From Eledone cirrhosa (taxonomy: Eukaryota), in assembly GCA_964016885.1 (NCBI GenBank), contig OZ024740.1:380432001-380496000 (forward strand): a DNA stretch of 64,000 nt. The letters are read 5' to 3'. This document shows positions 61,196-64,000 of the stretch, in pieces (position 1 is the stretch's first letter; each line of letters starts with the position of its first letter). Position numbers and translations under genes: made by a program. The notes under the pieces were generated by a model. That model saw only the letters and a program-made list of their open reading frames with translations, did no database searches and was not told the origin of the DNA.

Positions 61196-61618
61196 TACCT
61201 ATCTTCCGGCCTCTCTAGAGAATCGTAAAAGCACATATCGTTATATGCTTTTTCTATGAAAATTAGTAGTGGGCAGACTAACTTGCATAGAGTGTGAGTA
61301 AGTACCGGTTCAACGGAGACGATAAAAACAAATAACGAAACGAAATTAAATTTCGTTTCGTTTGTAACTCACTTTTGTATGACTGACGCTTAAACAATTA
61401 AGTTAAAGATGTACATCCATATATGTATACTGAAATACTAGTATGTATATGAATACACACACGTATACATATGTAGGTGTACCAAGTTTTTTTCACTGGT
61501 CACTTTACTGTGAGTGGCCAGCTATTCTGTATGTAAACACACAGACAAACCGGTTTTTAGAGTCATACTGGTTTTTGAGGAAACACCTCTCCTCTATTCT
61601 ACAGAAAGCCAGACAAGG

Positions 61619-61663
61619 AATATTGAACTAGTTTCGTTGTTGTTACAACTCATCAGCAATATT
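61619..61663 (-). ncRNA. Type I hammerhead, array unit 3
   Basis: Identical motif, +936. Confidence 0.9.
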
Positions 61664-62086
61664 TACCTATCTTCCGGCCTCTCTAGAGAATCGTAAAAGC
61701 ACATATCGTTATATGCTTTTTCTATGAAAATTAGTAGTGGGCAGACTAACTTGCATAGAGTGTGAGTAAGTACCGGTTCAACGGAGACGATAAAAACAAA
61801 TAACGAAACGAAATTAAATTTCGTTTCGTTTGTAACTCACTTTTGTATGACTGACGCTTAAACAATTAAGTTAAAGATGTACATCCATATATGTATACTG
61901 AAATACTAGTATGTATATGAATACACACACGTATACATATGTAGGTGTACCAAGTTTTTTTCACTGGTCACTTTACTGTGAGTGGCCAGCTATTCTGTAT
62001 GTAAACACACAGACAAACCGGTTTTTAGAGTCATACTGGTTTTTGAGGAAACACCTCTCCTCTATTCTACAGAAAGCCAGACAAGG

Positions 62087-62131
62087 AATATTGAACTAGT
62101 TTCGTTGTTGTTACAACTCATCAGCAATATT
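62087..62131 (-). ncRNA. Type I hammerhead, array unit 4
   Basis: Identical motif, +1404. Confidence 0.9.
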
Positions 62132-62556
62132 TACCTATCTTCCGGCCTCTCTAGAGAATCGTAAAAGCACATATCGTTATATGCTTTTTCTATGAAAATT
62201 AGTAGTGGGCAGACTAACTTGCATAGAGTGTGAGTAAGTACCGGTTCAACGGAGACGATAAAAACAAATAACGAAACGAAATTAAATTTCGTTTCGTTTG
62301 TAACTCACTTTTGTATGACTGACGCTTAAACAATTAAGTTAAAGATGTACATCCATATATGTATACTGAAATACTAGTATGTATATGAATACACACACGT
62401 ATACATATGTAGGTGTACCAAGTTTTTTTCACTGGTCACTTTACTGTGAGTGGCCAGCTATTCTTTAACTTAATTATATATATATATATTTATATATATA
62501 TATATTTATATATTTATATATATATAGATTTATATATATATATATTTATATATATT

Positions 62557-62587
<31 letters not shown>

Positions 62588-62594
62588 ATATATT

Positions 62595-62625
<31 letters not shown>

Positions 62626-62694
62626 ATATTTATTTATATATATATATATATTTATTTATATATATATATATTTATATTTAAATATATATATATA

Positions 62695-62767
<73 letters not shown>

Positions 62768-62789
62768 AATCTCATCTATATTAAAACTA

Positions 62790-62826
<37 letters not shown>

Positions 62827-62938
62827 AATCTCATCTATATTAAAACTATATTTATATATATATATATATATAGTTAGAATCTCATCTATATTAAAACTAT
62901 ATATATATATATATATTTCTATATATAGAGAGAGAGAA

Positions 62939-63145
62939 ATGAGACGTAGAACCAAACTCTCAAACCAGTTGAATAATCAGCAAACCAAAAACAAGGAATC
63001 CTATTTGAAATGTGCATTACTTGGCACCGAGATTGCACTCAAGCTTTCCCATAACAATGAGAGGGCAAAGAAAGAGAACAGGGCCATAGAAAACATTAAA
63101 ACAAACCCTAAGGCCTTCTTTAAATTTGCAAAAGAAACTGCCTCA
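62939..63145 (+). mobile_element. Short CR1-like fragment duplicating 43526-43731
   Basis: [12 protein letters not shown]...[14 protein letters not shown], with the same upstream flank gttagaatctcatctatattaaaac. Confidence 0.85.
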
Positions 63146-63147
63146 TT

Positions 63148-63269
<122 letters not shown>

Positions 63270-63285
63270 TATATATATATATATT

Positions 63286-63320
<35 letters not shown>

Positions 63321-63329
63321 GTATTTATA

Positions 63330-63398
<69 letters not shown>

Positions 63399-63575
63399 AT
63401 TTCCCTGGATTTCACTTAATTCTGTGGATGAATTTATATCCTGATTCTCTTTAAGATGAGTTTAAATTATTTTTCCCACATCTTACGTTAACTATTTTTC
63501 CCATTTTGACGCTATAGTCACTTATATACTATGGAATGCTGTTCGCTTTTCGCTGCAGTGTTTTCTATACCTTTC

Positions 63576-63647
<72 letters not shown>

Positions 63648-63790
63648 ATTTATATATATATATATTTATTTATATTTTTATATATATATATATTTATTTA
63701 TATTTATATATATATATATATTTATACATATATATTTTTATATATATTTTTATATATATATATATTTATATATATATATTTTTATATATT

Positions 63791-63823
<33 letters not shown>

Positions 63824-64000
63824 ATTTTTATATATTTATATATATATATATTTATATATATTTATATATATATATATATTTATATATATGTATTTTTATA
63901 TATATATATTTTTATATATTTATATATATATATATTTATATATATTTATATATATATATATATTTATATATATGTATTTTTATATATATATATTTTTATA

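Overview
AT-rich animal (eukaryotic) genomic DNA, probably from an octopus or another cephalopod (inferred from tRNA-derived Nin-domain SINEs and very long (TA)n tracts). Most ORFs in the track are translations of microsatellites. The first 24 kb contain four in-phase, GT-AG spliced exons of a + strand WD40-repeat gene; I found no later exon. The rest is a mosaic of retroelement pieces separated by (TA)n tracts: four Naiad-type Penelope-like elements (RT + CxC-x5-CPL-x3-C linker + C-terminal GIY-YIG), one other Penelope fragment, a 5'-truncated RTE LINE with a PHD-like finger, CR1-like fragments, SINEs and a non-autonomous Helitron. The strongest hidden signal is RNA-level: about 28 type I hammerhead ribozyme motifs from roughly a dozen sequence families, on both strands. 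They include a 468-bp tandem array with one hammerhead per unit (retrozyme/circRNA-like), natural core variants (U3-A8, A4) and stem II insertions up to about 105 nt. All motifs were read by eye, so coordinates are approximate and activity is untested.
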